Shown piece by piece: positions 30,529 to 40,266 of a stretch of 64,000 nucleotides of DNA; the stretch's first letter is position 1; every line of letters begins with the position of its first letter. A model generated the notes under the pieces. It did not search any database and was not told the DNA's origin. It saw nothing but the letters and a program-made list of their open reading frames with translations. Location of the stretch: positions 8,007 through 72,006 of the forward strand of contig CAZVIA010000001.1 of assembly GCA_964627525.1 (NCBI GenBank). Direction: 5' to 3'. The DNA comes from an uncultured Gammaproteobacteria bacterium. Lineage in GTDB: Bacteria; Patescibacteriota; Patescibacteriia; Magasanikbacterales; JBBTQS01. Position numbers and translations under genes: made by a program.

Positions 30529-31526
30529 TTTCAGCTTTGATTGCAGTAGTAATTGGTTTGATAGTTGCTGTAACACCAGTTGCAGATGTTTTTTTGGTTT
30601 TTCAAGATGAGCCAGCACCTGATTTAGCAAGGCATTTTGTTTTAGCAGAAGGTGTGCGTGCAATAGAAAAGGGTGGGGATGTGGTAATAACAAGAACAGG
30701 CTTACCAATTGAGCATAAAAAATATTTACCTCCACGGATGATAGGAGATGTGATTTTTTCAACACCTTTAACAGCTAAGAGTGCTTTGGTGGTTGATTTT
30801 GCAAGTAATGAAATTTTATTTTCAAAAAACATTGATGAACAAAGATCAATTGCAAGTGTAACAAAATTAATGAGTGCACTTGTTGCAATGAATAATATTT
30901 CTAGTTGGGATAAGCAGGTAATAATACAAGATTCAGATTTAAAAACAGGAAGGCAATATTTATATTCTGGAGATAAAATAAATATTCGCGAATTGTTTAG
31001 GGCTGCGTTGATTAGTTCTTCAAATACAGCAACAATGGCATTGGCAAGGGCAACAGGTTTGAGTGAGCAGGAATTTGTAGCTCGCATGAATCAAAAAGCA
31101 AAAGCAATGGGATTGATGCAAACTGTTTTTGTAGAGCCAACTGGCTTGGATCATGATAATGTTTCTACAGCACGTGAGTTGATTGTTTTGTTAAAATTTG
31201 CTTTAGACCAAAAACCTATAAAACATGCAGTGAGTCAATCAGCATATTCAATTAAAGTAAGTGGTACAAAAAGAAAAATTTATGCAACAAATTGGCTGCT
31301 TACTGGACAAGTTAAAAGATTTTCTGATGCAAAAGTAATTGGAGGTAAAACAGGTTTTAATGAGGCAGCGCAATATAATTTTGTGGCACAGTATAAATAT
31401 GAAAATAATTTGGTTTCATCTATAGTACTTGGTGCAGATGATCATTATGATAGGTTTACAGAATCTGACATGTTAGTTAATTGGGTTTTTGAAAATTATA
31501 ATTGGGCAGATGACCCAGAATATTAA
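30525..31526 (+). CDS. D-alanyl-D-alanine carboxypeptidase (peptidase S11)
   Basis: SVTK (SxxK), SSN (SxN) and KTG motifs. Confidence 0.88.
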   Translation: MISALIAVVIGLIVAVTPVADVFLVFQDEPAPDLARHFVLAEGVRAIEKGGDVVITRTGLPIEHKKYLPPRMIGDVIFSTPLTAKSALVVDFASNEILFSKNIDEQRSIASVTKLMSALVAMNNISSWDKQVIIQDSDLKTGRQYLYSGDKINIRELFRAALISSSNTATMALARATGLSEQEFVARMNQKAKAMGLMQTVFVEPTGLDHDNVSTARELIVLLKFALDQKPIKHAVSQSAYSIKVSGTKRKIYATNWLLTGQVKRFSDAKVIGGKTGFNEAAQYNFVAQYKYENNLVSSIVLGADDHYDRFTESDMLVNWVFENYNWADDPEY

Positions 31527-31545
31527 GCAATTATAAATATTGATT

Positions 31546-32019
31546 ATGTTTTTTCCAGACTGGCTTTTAGTTATGTTAATAAGCAGCTTACCCATAGGTG
31601 AGTTAAGAGCAGGGTTGCCAATTGCTCTGACTGTTTATGATATGCAAGTATGGCATGCATTGTTCTTTAGTATAATAGGAAATATTATTCCAGGATTAGT
31701 TGTTTATTTTTTGATTGATCCAGTGAGTAGGTTGTTGTCTCGCTTAGAGTTTTTTAGAAAATTTTTTGAATGGTTGTTTGAGCGTACAAGAAAAAAATTC
31801 AATAGCAAATACACAACTTCAAAATTTTTAATTTTAGTTTTGTTTATTGGAATACCTTTGCCAATTACTGGTGTTTGGACAGGAGCTTTGGCAGCTTGGT
31901 TGTTTGCAATGCGTCCTAAATACGCAATCCCAGGAATGATCCTAGGACTTTGTATGTCTGCTTTAATTGTATTGATAATTACTCTTGGTTTTTCTGGAAC
32001 ATTAAATATATTTAATTAG
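31546..32019 (+). CDS. Small multi-drug export family membrane protein (COG2426-like)
   Basis: PIGELRAGLP, IPLPITGVWTG. Confidence 0.8.
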   Translation: MFFPDWLLVMLISSLPIGELRAGLPIALTVYDMQVWHALFFSIIGNIIPGLVVYFLIDPVSRLLSRLEFFRKFFEWLFERTRKKFNSKYTTSKFLILVLFIGIPLPITGVWTGALAAWLFAMRPKYAIPGMILGLCMSALIVLIITLGFSGTLNIFN

Positions 32020-33023
32020 TCCCAAAGTTCTTTGGCGACCTCCCACATTTCTGGGAGGTTTTTTTGTGTTTTTAACCAGTACCACCATTCACCACCCCAA
32101 ACATAAATTTCAGAAAATCCACCAGCAAGCGCATATTCAATATTTTCTTTAAATAATTCTGGGTTCATGCTTTTGTATTGTTCTTGCACAGTTGAAGTAA
32201 CAGGGGATTTTTCAGTCCAAGGTTCTGTTTGTAGTTCAGATAAAATTATTTCTTCTACACCATTATTAAGTGCATAATTTTGTCGCCAGTAATAAACAGC
32301 AGGGGAGATCGGATATGAAATATAATTAAAAAATGGTTTCCAAATTATTCTATATAAACTTACACCCAAGACATCTCCAAGCTGTCCAGTTCCAGACCAG
32401 TCTCCAAATTCACCACTTGCAGTAACTAAAATTGGTCGTGTATCTAATGACCGCACAATTTCAATTTCTTTTTTTAAAAATTCTAAATCTGGTTTAGGAC
32501 ATTCTCCAAAAAATGGAAGTAGTGGTTCATTTTCAACTTGCCAACGATTAATTGCAGGTTCATTTTTGTATTTTTCAATAACTTCAGGAATCATTTCCAA
32601 AACCTTTTCTTGTTGTTGTTTTTCGTTTAAACTTTTAGCCCAATCAGGCACATGACATTCTGGCCATCTTGGCAAACGCCTACCAACTGCTAAAGTTATT
32701 TTTCCATTTCTTTTGCGCACTTCTTGAATTTGCCAATCAAGATCTTTGAAATCAAAATAATCATCGGTTTTTTCTATTTCATTCCAATAAGCAGAAAGTC
32801 TAAATTCACGAATATTCATTTCATCTAACAGTGCAATAAAAGTTTCTTTCCAATCTAAGTTAAGACTTTTTGCATATTGCTGACTAAAAGTTACACCAAA
32901 GATAGGTTTTTTTTCAGGAGTAAAATCAAGTGTGTAACTTAGGCCATATAAAATTCCAACAACAAAAAGAATTATAATCAACACTAAGCCGTGTTTGTGT
33001 TTTGTTTTATCAAATTTAATCAT
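32016..33023 (-). CDS. Membrane-anchored clan-A glycoside hydrolase
   Basis: N-terminal TM segment; WQVENEP (acid/base) and SELQTEPW (nucleophile). Confidence 0.7.
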   Translation of the reverse strand: MIKFDKTKHKHGLVLIIILFVVGILYGLSYTLDFTPEKKPIFGVTFSQQYAKSLNLDWKETFIALLDEMNIREFRLSAYWNEIEKTDDYFDFKDLDWQIQEVRKRNGKITLAVGRRLPRWPECHVPDWAKSLNEKQQQEKVLEMIPEVIEKYKNEPAINRWQVENEPLLPFFGECPKPDLEFLKKEIEIVRSLDTRPILVTASGEFGDWSGTGQLGDVLGVSLYRIIWKPFFNYISYPISPAVYYWRQNYALNNGVEEIILSELQTEPWTEKSPVTSTVQEQYKSMNPELFKENIEYALAGGFSEIYVWGGEWWYWLKTQKNLPEMWEVAKELWD

Positions 33024-34342
33024 AAGCCTGGTTCTTCATCGCGTGCTTCATGCCCAATATATCTTAATAAGTCGTGTGCAATAGAATTTTCTTTACAAAT
33101 TTTTGCATAAACATACGCACTGTTTCTTGGTTTACGTTTTTGTGTTTTGTAATCAATGCTTATTAAACCAAATCTTGGTTCCAAACCTTTGTCCCACTCA
33201 AAATTATCTACTAAAGACCAAAAGCAATACCCCCAAACATCAGCACCTGCTTTAATTGCATGATAAACTTCTTTTGTGTGACTTACAATAAATCTACAAC
33301 GACGATGATCATTTAAAGCAGCCAAACCATTTTCAGTTATAAACATCGGCAAGTTATATTGTTTCATGTTCATAATAGTTTGAAATAAACCATTTGGATA
33401 AATTTCCCAACCAAGGTCAGAACCTTCGCGATGTTCTTCACGAGCATCAACTGTTTTGATTACAAACAAACCACTTTTACGAATTCTTGTGTGAAAATAA
33501 TAATTTATCCCAATGAAATCATGATAGCCTTTTGTTTTGCGCAAAAAATAATGGTTCCAAACATAATTTAATAATTTTTGTTTTATGAAATGTTCAAATA
33601 ACCACCACCTGTATGATTCAATTGAAAAAGTATTTTTTGCAATTCCAACAAATGCAATTTTGTCCTGTTTGTGAATAGTTTTAAATGCTTTTTTGTGTGC
33701 ACGTGCCATGTTGCGCAAAACTTTTCTATAAGCAAAAACAGATTTTTTTTGTGGTGGCCAAAGTCCTCGTAAAAAACCATTGCTTGCATAAACATTTGGT
33801 TCGTTTATTGTAATCCAGTAATTTATTTTTTTGTGGTACTCTTTTGCCATTTTTTCAACAAATCTATTAAAGTAAAAAATAGATTTTTTAGATTTCCATC
33901 CACCTATTTCAGAAAACCACACAGGATTTGTAAAATGATGTAAAGTCAGCATTATTTTTATTTTCTTTTTCGTTAATTCATCAAAAACTTTGTGGTAATG
34001 CCGGATTGCTTCGTGATTAAATTTTCCCGGTTCTGGCTCTATACGACTCCACTCAATAGAAAGTCGGTGAATTTTGTGATTAAATTTTTTAGCTAAAGCA
34101 AAATCTTCTTTAAAGCGATTAAACTGATCAGCAGCATGGAAAGAAGTTGTGCCATCTAAAATATTTCCATTTTTTTCTTCCCACTTAGACCAATCATTTG
34201 TATTTCCACCTTCAACTTGATGAGCAGAAGTTGCAGCACCCCAAAGAAATCCTTTTGGAAATTTTAATGCATCATGATCATGTATCTTACAAGTTTTACA
34301 TGTGTGATTATTGTGGTTTGTCTCTGTTTTTTTATGCGCCAT
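33020..34342 (-). CDS. Glycoside hydrolase family 1 (beta-glucosidase)
   Basis: FLWGAATSAHQVEG, TINEP, ITENG, DNFEW. Confidence 0.92.
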   Translation of the reverse strand: MAHKKTETNHNNHTCKTCKIHDHDALKFPKGFLWGAATSAHQVEGGNTNDWSKWEEKNGNILDGTTSFHAADQFNRFKEDFALAKKFNHKIHRLSIEWSRIEPEPGKFNHEAIRHYHKVFDELTKKKIKIMLTLHHFTNPVWFSEIGGWKSKKSIFYFNRFVEKMAKEYHKKINYWITINEPNVYASNGFLRGLWPPQKKSVFAYRKVLRNMARAHKKAFKTIHKQDKIAFVGIAKNTFSIESYRWWLFEHFIKQKLLNYVWNHYFLRKTKGYHDFIGINYYFHTRIRKSGLFVIKTVDAREEHREGSDLGWEIYPNGLFQTIMNMKQYNLPMFITENGLAALNDHRRCRFIVSHTKEVYHAIKAGADVWGYCFWSLVDNFEWDKGLEPRFGLISIDYKTQKRKPRNSAYVYAKICKENSIAHDLLRYIGHEARDEEPGL

Positions 34343-34343
34343 A

Positions 34344-35252
34344 TTAAAGTGAAATAAACATTAAACCAGTCACAATAAATGCAACTGCATAAACAGTTAT
34401 GATTAAACTTTTTCCAAGAAGTTTTTCATCAATAAGTTTTGGATATTTTTTGTGGAAAAAAATTACTAAGAAAATTAAGAAAACATATTGCACACCTTGA
34501 AGTGCATTTACAATAGTCGCGCTTGTCAAAGAAATTGCATAGAGCAGTAATACATATGCACCTGCGCCAAAAATTTTGTTTGAAAGTATGAGCCATTCTT
34601 TTTTTGGTCTGCGTTTTTTTGTTTCTTTAAACATTGCCTTGCGAACTGTAGGGGATAGTAGAAATAACAATGCAACTAGTATTGAACCAGTTCTGCTCCA
34701 AATTAATCCATTTACAAAATCTACATTTAAGAACAAAAGTCGAGTTGTCGCAAATGATAATCCAAATAACACACTTGCAATCAACATATATTTAAGTGCG
34801 TGTACAGAGATTTTTTTTGTGATTTTGTCGCGAGTGTTATATGCAATTAATAATGATCCCGCTATAAGTAATATAATTGCTAGGCTTGCGTAGTTTGAAA
34901 GTGTTTCTTGAAAAAATAAATAAGAAAATATAAATGTAAAAATTGGAATTATGCCGCCAATAAATGGAGCAACACGTGTGGCAGGTTGTATTTGTAAAGA
35001 TTTAAAAAAGAAAAGTGAGGCAAGTGCAAAACTTCCTCCAACAACCAATGCTATTAAAATATTTTTTGGAGAAATCCATGTTAAGCCAAAAGGTGCGAGT
35101 ATAAATGCAAAAAGCGAAAGTATGTTTATGTAAACTGTATAAACATATTCGTTTTTTACAGCTTTTGAAACAACAAATCTATCAGCCAAAAATACCACAG
35201 CATAAGTTAGGTGTGCTATTAAAACAATTATGAGCCAAAACGGTATGGTCAT
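34344..35252 (-). CDS. EamA/DMT-family transporter
   Basis: About 10 TM segments in two repeats, 302 aa. Confidence 0.7.
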   Translation of the reverse strand: MTIPFWLIIVLIAHLTYAVVFLADRFVVSKAVKNEYVYTVYINILSLFAFILAPFGLTWISPKNILIALVVGGSFALASLFFFKSLQIQPATRVAPFIGGIIPIFTFIFSYLFFQETLSNYASLAIILLIAGSLLIAYNTRDKITKKISVHALKYMLIASVLFGLSFATTRLLFLNVDFVNGLIWSRTGSILVALLFLLSPTVRKAMFKETKKRRPKKEWLILSNKIFGAGAYVLLLYAISLTSATIVNALQGVQYVFLIFLVIFFHKKYPKLIDEKLLGKSLIITVYAVAFIVTGLMFISL

Positions 35253-35328
35253 ATAAAATATTATAACATAAAATCACCCCAACTTAAGAGTGTTTTTATT
35301 TTTGTGACCATCTAATTGTGTAACAATG

Positions 35329-35402
35329 TACCAGAGCCGGGAATTGAACCCGGGACCTCGACGTTATGAGTGTCGCGCTCTAACCAACTGAGCTACCCTG
35401 GC
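35329..35402 (-). tRNA. tRNA with CAT anticodon (elongator Met; Ile2 not excluded), CCA not encoded
   Basis: GCCAGGGTAGCTCAGTTGGTTAGAGC..CTCATAA..GGTTCAATTCC..CTCTGGTA. Confidence 0.9.
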
Positions 35403-35419
35403 AGTACTTAAAAAATAAG

Positions 35420-36406
35420 TTAGTGTATAGTCAAAAGAACAATTTCTGGTGGAATAAACAAACGTGCGCGCGGACCAGATTCACCTAAACCTGTTGTAAC
35501 ATATAATGGCAAATTATTCCACACAGACAAGCCATCAAAATACTTTCTTGTTAAAACAGTGCCTGGACGTGCAATTGGACCAATAAATGGTAAGTAAATT
35601 TGTCCACCATGTGTGTGTCCTGATACTACCAAATCTACCACTGTTTGGTCAATGTTTTTTTTATCTAGGTATTCTTGAAAATGAAATAAACCATCTGGGT
35701 TGTGAGTCATCAAGATTGTTGGATATTTTGTTGGTTTAAATTCAGTGAAGTCTTCTTGATTAGCCCAAGCATCATCATTGCCATATAAAGTCAGTGTTTG
35801 ATCGCCAATCTGCACGTTTGTTTGCATGTTATCTAAGAGGTTCACACCTAATTTACGAATTACTTCCATTGTTTGTTGTTCAACAGTTCCAGTTCTTATA
35901 TCTCCATACAAACCACCCAAACCATGCTCATGATTTCCATTTACTGCAAACACTTTGTATTTTTTTGCAAGCTGTTCAAGAGGTGCTAAAAATTTTTCTT
36001 CTTTTTCAATTTGTGTTCCGTTATTTTGCACAAAATCACCTGGGATCAAAATAAAATCAGGATTTAATTTATCAACTTTTTCCACAATTTTTTCCAAAAA
36101 CTTTTCACGTTTATAAGGACCTACTTGTATATCTGAAAAAACCGCAACTTTAATAGGTGTTTTAAGTTCAGCTGCAATATCTATTTCAACTTTTTTTGTA
36201 AAAACTATTTGCGGTTCAATAAAACTTCCATAAATAATAGTTATAGCCCCAAGTAAAAGTACAACAGCAATTATCAAACTTTTGTTTTTGTTTTTGCCAG
36301 CCCAAAGATTTTTATTTAAACGATCGCGTAGCAAAAAAAACCCTACTATTGTGGTGGGAACAGTGCCAAGTAAAATTAATAAGTCAAAAAATATTGAGAC
36401 TTTCAT
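35420..36406 (-). CDS. Membrane-anchored metallophosphoesterase
   Basis: SDIQ, GDF, GNHE, HNPD and GHTHGGQ motifs. Confidence 0.88.
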   Translation of the reverse strand: MKVSIFFDLLILLGTVPTTIVGFFLLRDRLNKNLWAGKNKNKSLIIAVVLLLGAITIIYGSFIEPQIVFTKKVEIDIAAELKTPIKVAVFSDIQVGPYKREKFLEKIVEKVDKLNPDFILIPGDFVQNNGTQIEKEEKFLAPLEQLAKKYKVFAVNGNHEHGLGGLYGDIRTGTVEQQTMEVIRKLGVNLLDNMQTNVQIGDQTLTLYGNDDAWANQEDFTEFKPTKYPTILMTHNPDGLFHFQEYLDKKNIDQTVVDLVVSGHTHGGQIYLPFIGPIARPGTVLTRKYFDGLSVWNNLPLYVTTGLGESGPRARLFIPPEIVLLTIH

Positions 36407-36476
36407 AACGAAATTAAGTCTAACATTTGTAAAAGGTTTTGTCTATATAGTTTTAAAAATCTTTTTTAAAAAATTA

Positions 36477-36665
36477 GACCCCTTGGTGGTTGAATACCAA
36501 GGGGCCTCTGGGACAATCTAATGTTGAGCCTATCAGATGGGATTGCACACCACCCCATGCCCACCGACGCTTTTTACAAGATTATTGCTGGCTCAGACAA
36601 CAACCCGATTACGTCTGCCACAAGCACGCGGCTATTCAAGGATGCACAATTAGTTTGCTAGGGTG
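36477..36665 (-). ncRNA. Putative sRNA downstream of tRNA-Leu
   Basis: TTGACA-17-TAAGGT on the minus strand (36699-36671), GC-richer rod-like segment, terminator ccccttggt/accaagggg. Confidence 0.35.
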
Positions 36666-36710
36666 TGTGCACCTTAGCATGTCTGTGAAAAGTTGTCAAG
36701 TAGTTTCTTA

Positions 36711-36797
36711 TGGTGGGCGAGGAGGGACTCGAACCCTCACGTTGTTGCCAACACTGGATTTTGAGTCCAGCGCGTCTACCAGTTCCGCCACTCGCCC
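36711..36797 (-). tRNA. tRNA-Leu(CAA)
   Basis: GGGCGAGTGGCGGAACTGGTAGACGCGCTGGACTCAAAATCCAG, long variable arm, GGTTCGAGTCCC, ends in CCA. Confidence 0.95.
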
Positions 36798-36873
36798 GAG
36801 TGAATCTTATAAAGTAATGTGGAAAAGCATAGCTCAAAACGCAATTTTTTGATATACTTTGAACAGCAATATT

Positions 36874-37641
36874 ATGTCACAAATCATTGCAGTTGTCAAC
36901 CAAAAAGGGGGAGTCGGTAAAACAACAACCGCGGTAAACCTTGCAGCAGCTTTGTCTCAGCAAGGTAAGTTTGTTTTACTTGTTGATTTGGATCCACAAG
37001 GAAATGCTACAAGTGGTCTTGGTGTTGATCACAGAACTATTGAGCATGGAGTTTATGATGCAATTATTGGCGCAAAACCAATTCATCATGTTGTGCAAGA
37101 AACAGCGCACGAAGGTTATAGACTTGCACCTGCAACAATGAATTTATCTGGTGCAAATATTGAACTTGTTGATGTGGAGGACAGAGAGTTTCAACTTTAT
37201 AAAGTTTTAATGGAAGTAAAACATGCATACGACTTTATAGTAATTGATTGCCCACCTTCACTTGGTTTGTTAACGATCAATGGTTTAGTTGCTTCAGATA
37301 AAATTTTAATTCCAGTACAAGCAGAGTATTATGCTTTAGAAGGTTTGGGGCAATTGTTGCATACAATTAATTTAGTAAAAGAAAATCTAAAGCCAGAACT
37401 AGAAGTGTTAGGAGCAATTTTAACAATGTATGACACTCGCAATAGATTGTCTCAAGATGTTTTTGAAGAATTATACAGATATTTTCCAGACACAATTTTT
37501 AGAAGTATAATTCCAAGAACAGTTCGTTTGGCTGAAGCGCCAAGTTTTGGAAAAACAATTTTTAATTATGACCCAAGTGGTAAGGGGGCAAAAGCATATC
37601 GTAGATTATCTCGCGAAGTGCTTGATGTGCTTGATCGTTAA
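36874..37641 (+). CDS. parA: Chromosome partitioning ATPase ParA/Soj
   Basis: NQKGGVGKTT, DLDPQGNAT, DCPPSLG. Confidence 0.95.
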   Translation: MSQIIAVVNQKGGVGKTTTAVNLAAALSQQGKFVLLVDLDPQGNATSGLGVDHRTIEHGVYDAIIGAKPIHHVVQETAHEGYRLAPATMNLSGANIELVDVEDREFQLYKVLMEVKHAYDFIVIDCPPSLGLLTINGLVASDKILIPVQAEYYALEGLGQLLHTINLVKENLKPELEVLGAILTMYDTRNRLSQDVFEELYRYFPDTIFRSIIPRTVRLAEAPSFGKTIFNYDPSGKGAKAYRRLSREVLDVLDR

Positions 37642-37647
37642 TAAATT

Positions 37648-38502
37648 ATGGCATTAGGAAGAGGGCTAGGATCATTGATCCCACAAAAACAAAATAACGC
37701 AACTGCTACTACTGTGACTGAAGTAAAGTCACACGGGCTTTTGCATGTGCCAACAAAAGATATAGATGTTAATCCTGAACAACCGCGAAAAGTTTTTACA
37801 AAAGAAGCTTTGGATGATTTAGCAGCATCAATAAAAGTACATGGAATTTTACAACCGCTTTTGGTTGTGGAAAAAGCAGATGGAACATATGAATTAATTG
37901 CTGGTGAAAGGCGATTGCGCTGTGCACAAAATCTTGGTTTGCCAACAGTGCCAGTTGTTGTAAAAGAAATTACTGATCAGCAGGAAAAATTAGAAGTTGC
38001 CTTGATTGAAAATATTCAACGTGATGATTTAAATATTATTGAAGAGGCTTGTGCTTATGAACGTTTGATGAATGAGTTTAATTTAACTCATGATCAGGTT
38101 GCACAAAGAGTTGGAAAGAATAGAAGTACAATTAGTAACACAATTAGATTATTGAATTTGCCAGATCAAATTCAAAAAGCATTGATAGACAAACAAATTA
38201 GCATGGGTAAGGCGCGTGCATTGTTAGGTGTGAAAGATAAAGAAGAGCAAAAAAGAATGTTTAAAACAATGATGGGTGCTGGCGTAACTGTTAGAGATGT
38301 TGAGCAAGAGGTTTCGCGTAAAAGACAAAGCACAAGAGGTGTGCGTCGTCGTGATCCAAATATTATTGATAAAGAAAACAAGCTTCGGGAAAAGCTTGGT
38401 ACAAAAGTTCGTATTACTAGAACAGGGAATAGGGGAAAAATTGAAATTGAATATTATTCAGACGAAGAATTAAATAGTCTTAGCGATCTTCTTCTGTCTT
38501 AA
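37648..38502 (+). CDS. parB: Chromosome partitioning protein ParB/Spo0J
   Basis: LGRGLGSLI, QPRK, AGERRLR, ENIQR. Confidence 0.95.
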   Translation: MALGRGLGSLIPQKQNNATATTVTEVKSHGLLHVPTKDIDVNPEQPRKVFTKEALDDLAASIKVHGILQPLLVVEKADGTYELIAGERRLRCAQNLGLPTVPVVVKEITDQQEKLEVALIENIQRDDLNIIEEACAYERLMNEFNLTHDQVAQRVGKNRSTISNTIRLLNLPDQIQKALIDKQISMGKARALLGVKDKEEQKRMFKTMMGAGVTVRDVEQEVSRKRQSTRGVRRRDPNIIDKENKLREKLGTKVRITRTGNRGKIEIEYYSDEELNSLSDLLLS

Positions 38503-39961
38503 TTTTTGTAATTAACCAAGACGCAAGTGAGCGTTTGCTGTGAGTGCGAATAGCACTGCGCGCGTGATTGGTTTTTACAAACTTAATCCAGTCTGGGCTT
38601 GGACCCTTTCTTTTTTTATCTGTTAAAATTTCTATAACATCTCCACTTTTCAAAGATTGATTCAAAGGAACCATTGAATCATTAACACGTGCTCCTGTAC
38701 AAGTGTTTCCAATATCAGTGTGAATCATATATGCAAAATCCACTGGCGTTGCTTCTTCTGGTAAATCAATTACATCACCTTTAGGTGTAAAAACAAAAAT
38801 ATGATTTTTAAAAAAATCTAGTTTAATTGATTCTAAGTCTTTTAATTTGTGAACTATGTTTTTTTGAACTTCTGCCAAGTCTTTAATCCACTGCAAGCGT
38901 TTAACAGGAATTTTTGATCCTTTTTCATCATAATGCCAATGTGAAGCAACACCATATTCGGCTTCTTCGTGCATTTGTGTAGTACGAATTTGGAATTCAA
39001 CAATTTCACCATCTTCACAAAAAACCGTTGTATGCAAAGATTGATAGCCATTTGGTTTTGGTTGAGCAATATAATCTTTAATACGACCTTTTAAAGGACG
39101 CCAAAGTTTATGAATCACACCAAGTGCTGCATAACAATCAGCAACAGATGGAACTAAAATGCGTAAAGCAACCAAATCATGAATGCGATCTATGCTTCGT
39201 TCATATCGCAAAAGTTTTCTGTACAAACTATATAAACGTTTTGTGCGACCGTGCATGTCATTATATGGAATGTGTGTGTCTTTAAGATTTTTTTCAACAA
39301 TAATTCCAATTTTTTTCAAATATTCTTCTTTCTTTTTATAGCGCTCTTCAATTAGACTTGTAACCCATTTATATTCTTTTGGGTAAACATATTTAAAAGA
39401 TGCATCTTCCAAACGACCCTTCATATCTCCCATACCAAGTCGGTTTGCAATTGGCGCATAAATTTCTAAACTTTCCAAAGCGATGCGGTATTGTTTTTTT
39501 GGTGGAAGTGAATCCAAAGTACCAAGGTTGTGTAAGCGGTCAGCAAATTTTACAATCATCACACGAACATCTTTTGCAACTGCCACAAACATTTTACGTA
39601 GATTTTCAATGTAACGTTCAACACCACGATATTTTAATTTACCCAATTTTGTAATTCCTTCAATTAATTCTGCAATATCTTTTCCAAAATTATGTTCAAT
39701 TTCTTCAATACTTACATTTGTATCTTCTGGTACATCATGAAGTAGGGCAGTGATAATAATTGATTGATCCATTTGCATGTCCGCAAGTTTTTGTGCAGCT
39801 GCCAAAGGATGAATTATGTAAGATTCCCCGGATTTTCTTTTCTGACCTTTATGCGCATTTTCTGCAAATTCATAAGCAAGCCGGATTAGTTCTAGATCAG
39901 CTTTTGGGTTGGTCTCTTTAATTGTTGCTAAAAGTTTTTCTATTCCAGTAATTTCTACCAT
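38480..39961 (-). CDS. rel: RelA/SpoT (p)ppGpp synthetase/hydrolase with HD, SYNTH and TGS domains, no ACT
   Basis: HKGQKRKSGE, LLHDVPED, KPNGYQSLHT, VFTPKG, TPVDFAY. Confidence 0.9.
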   Translation of the reverse strand: MVEITGIEKLLATIKETNPKADLELIRLAYEFAENAHKGQKRKSGESYIIHPLAAAQKLADMQMDQSIIITALLHDVPEDTNVSIEEIEHNFGKDIAELIEGITKLGKLKYRGVERYIENLRKMFVAVAKDVRVMIVKFADRLHNLGTLDSLPPKKQYRIALESLEIYAPIANRLGMGDMKGRLEDASFKYVYPKEYKWVTSLIEERYKKKEEYLKKIGIIVEKNLKDTHIPYNDMHGRTKRLYSLYRKLLRYERSIDRIHDLVALRILVPSVADCYAALGVIHKLWRPLKGRIKDYIAQPKPNGYQSLHTTVFCEDGEIVEFQIRTTQMHEEAEYGVASHWHYDEKGSKIPVKRLQWIKDLAEVQKNIVHKLKDLESIKLDFFKNHIFVFTPKGDVIDLPEEATPVDFAYMIHTDIGNTCTGARVNDSMVPLNQSLKSGDVIEILTDKKRKGPSPDWIKFVKTNHARSAIRTHSKRSLASWLITKIKTEEDR

Positions 39962-40020
39962 ATCATATATCCACCGTAGCTTTTCTTGACAAAATTGTCC
40001 AGGTGTGCTATATTGTAACT

Positions 40021-40079
40021 GGTGATGTTCGGGTAATACCGAATGCTAGGGGAAAGCCGCCGGGCTACGGCGGTTTTTT
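40021..40079 (+). ncRNA. Putative sRNA 1
   Basis: TTGACA-17-TATATT (39986-40014), short hairpin, terminator gccgccg/cggcggt followed by T6. Confidence 0.5.
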
Positions 40080-40134
40080 CTTTGTTTAATTTTAGGACTT
40101 GAAAAAATATTGCGGATTGTGCTAATATATATCC

Positions 40135-40250
40135 GTGGCACCCGAGAGGGCCTGAGCATCACCATTGGCCTGAGGTTACCTTGTTCGGGACCACATAAAA
40201 AAAACCTGTCTTTTTGTTAGTGCTTTTTAAGCGCAAGTTGACAGGATTTT
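40135..40250 (+). ncRNA. Putative sRNA 2
   Basis: TTGAAA-18-TAATAT with TG (40099-40128); core closed by gtgg/ccac; ends at the cctgtc/gacagg hairpin shared with the topA terminator. Confidence 0.45.
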
Positions 40251-40266
40251 TTATTTATGTTATAAA

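Noticed and set aside
36490-36852. 120 aa ORF across tRNA-Leu
   Set aside because: It overlaps a clear tRNA on the opposite strand and has no protein features.
38310-38325. parS-like sequence inside parB
   Set aside because: About four mismatches to TGTTTCACGTGAAACA and a poor palindrome.
40021-40164. GGTGATG...CATCACCA read as a tRNA acceptor stem (split tRNA)
   Set aside because: No D-arm, anticodon arm or TTC T-loop, and a terminator and second promoter intervene. Kept as an sRNA pair instead.
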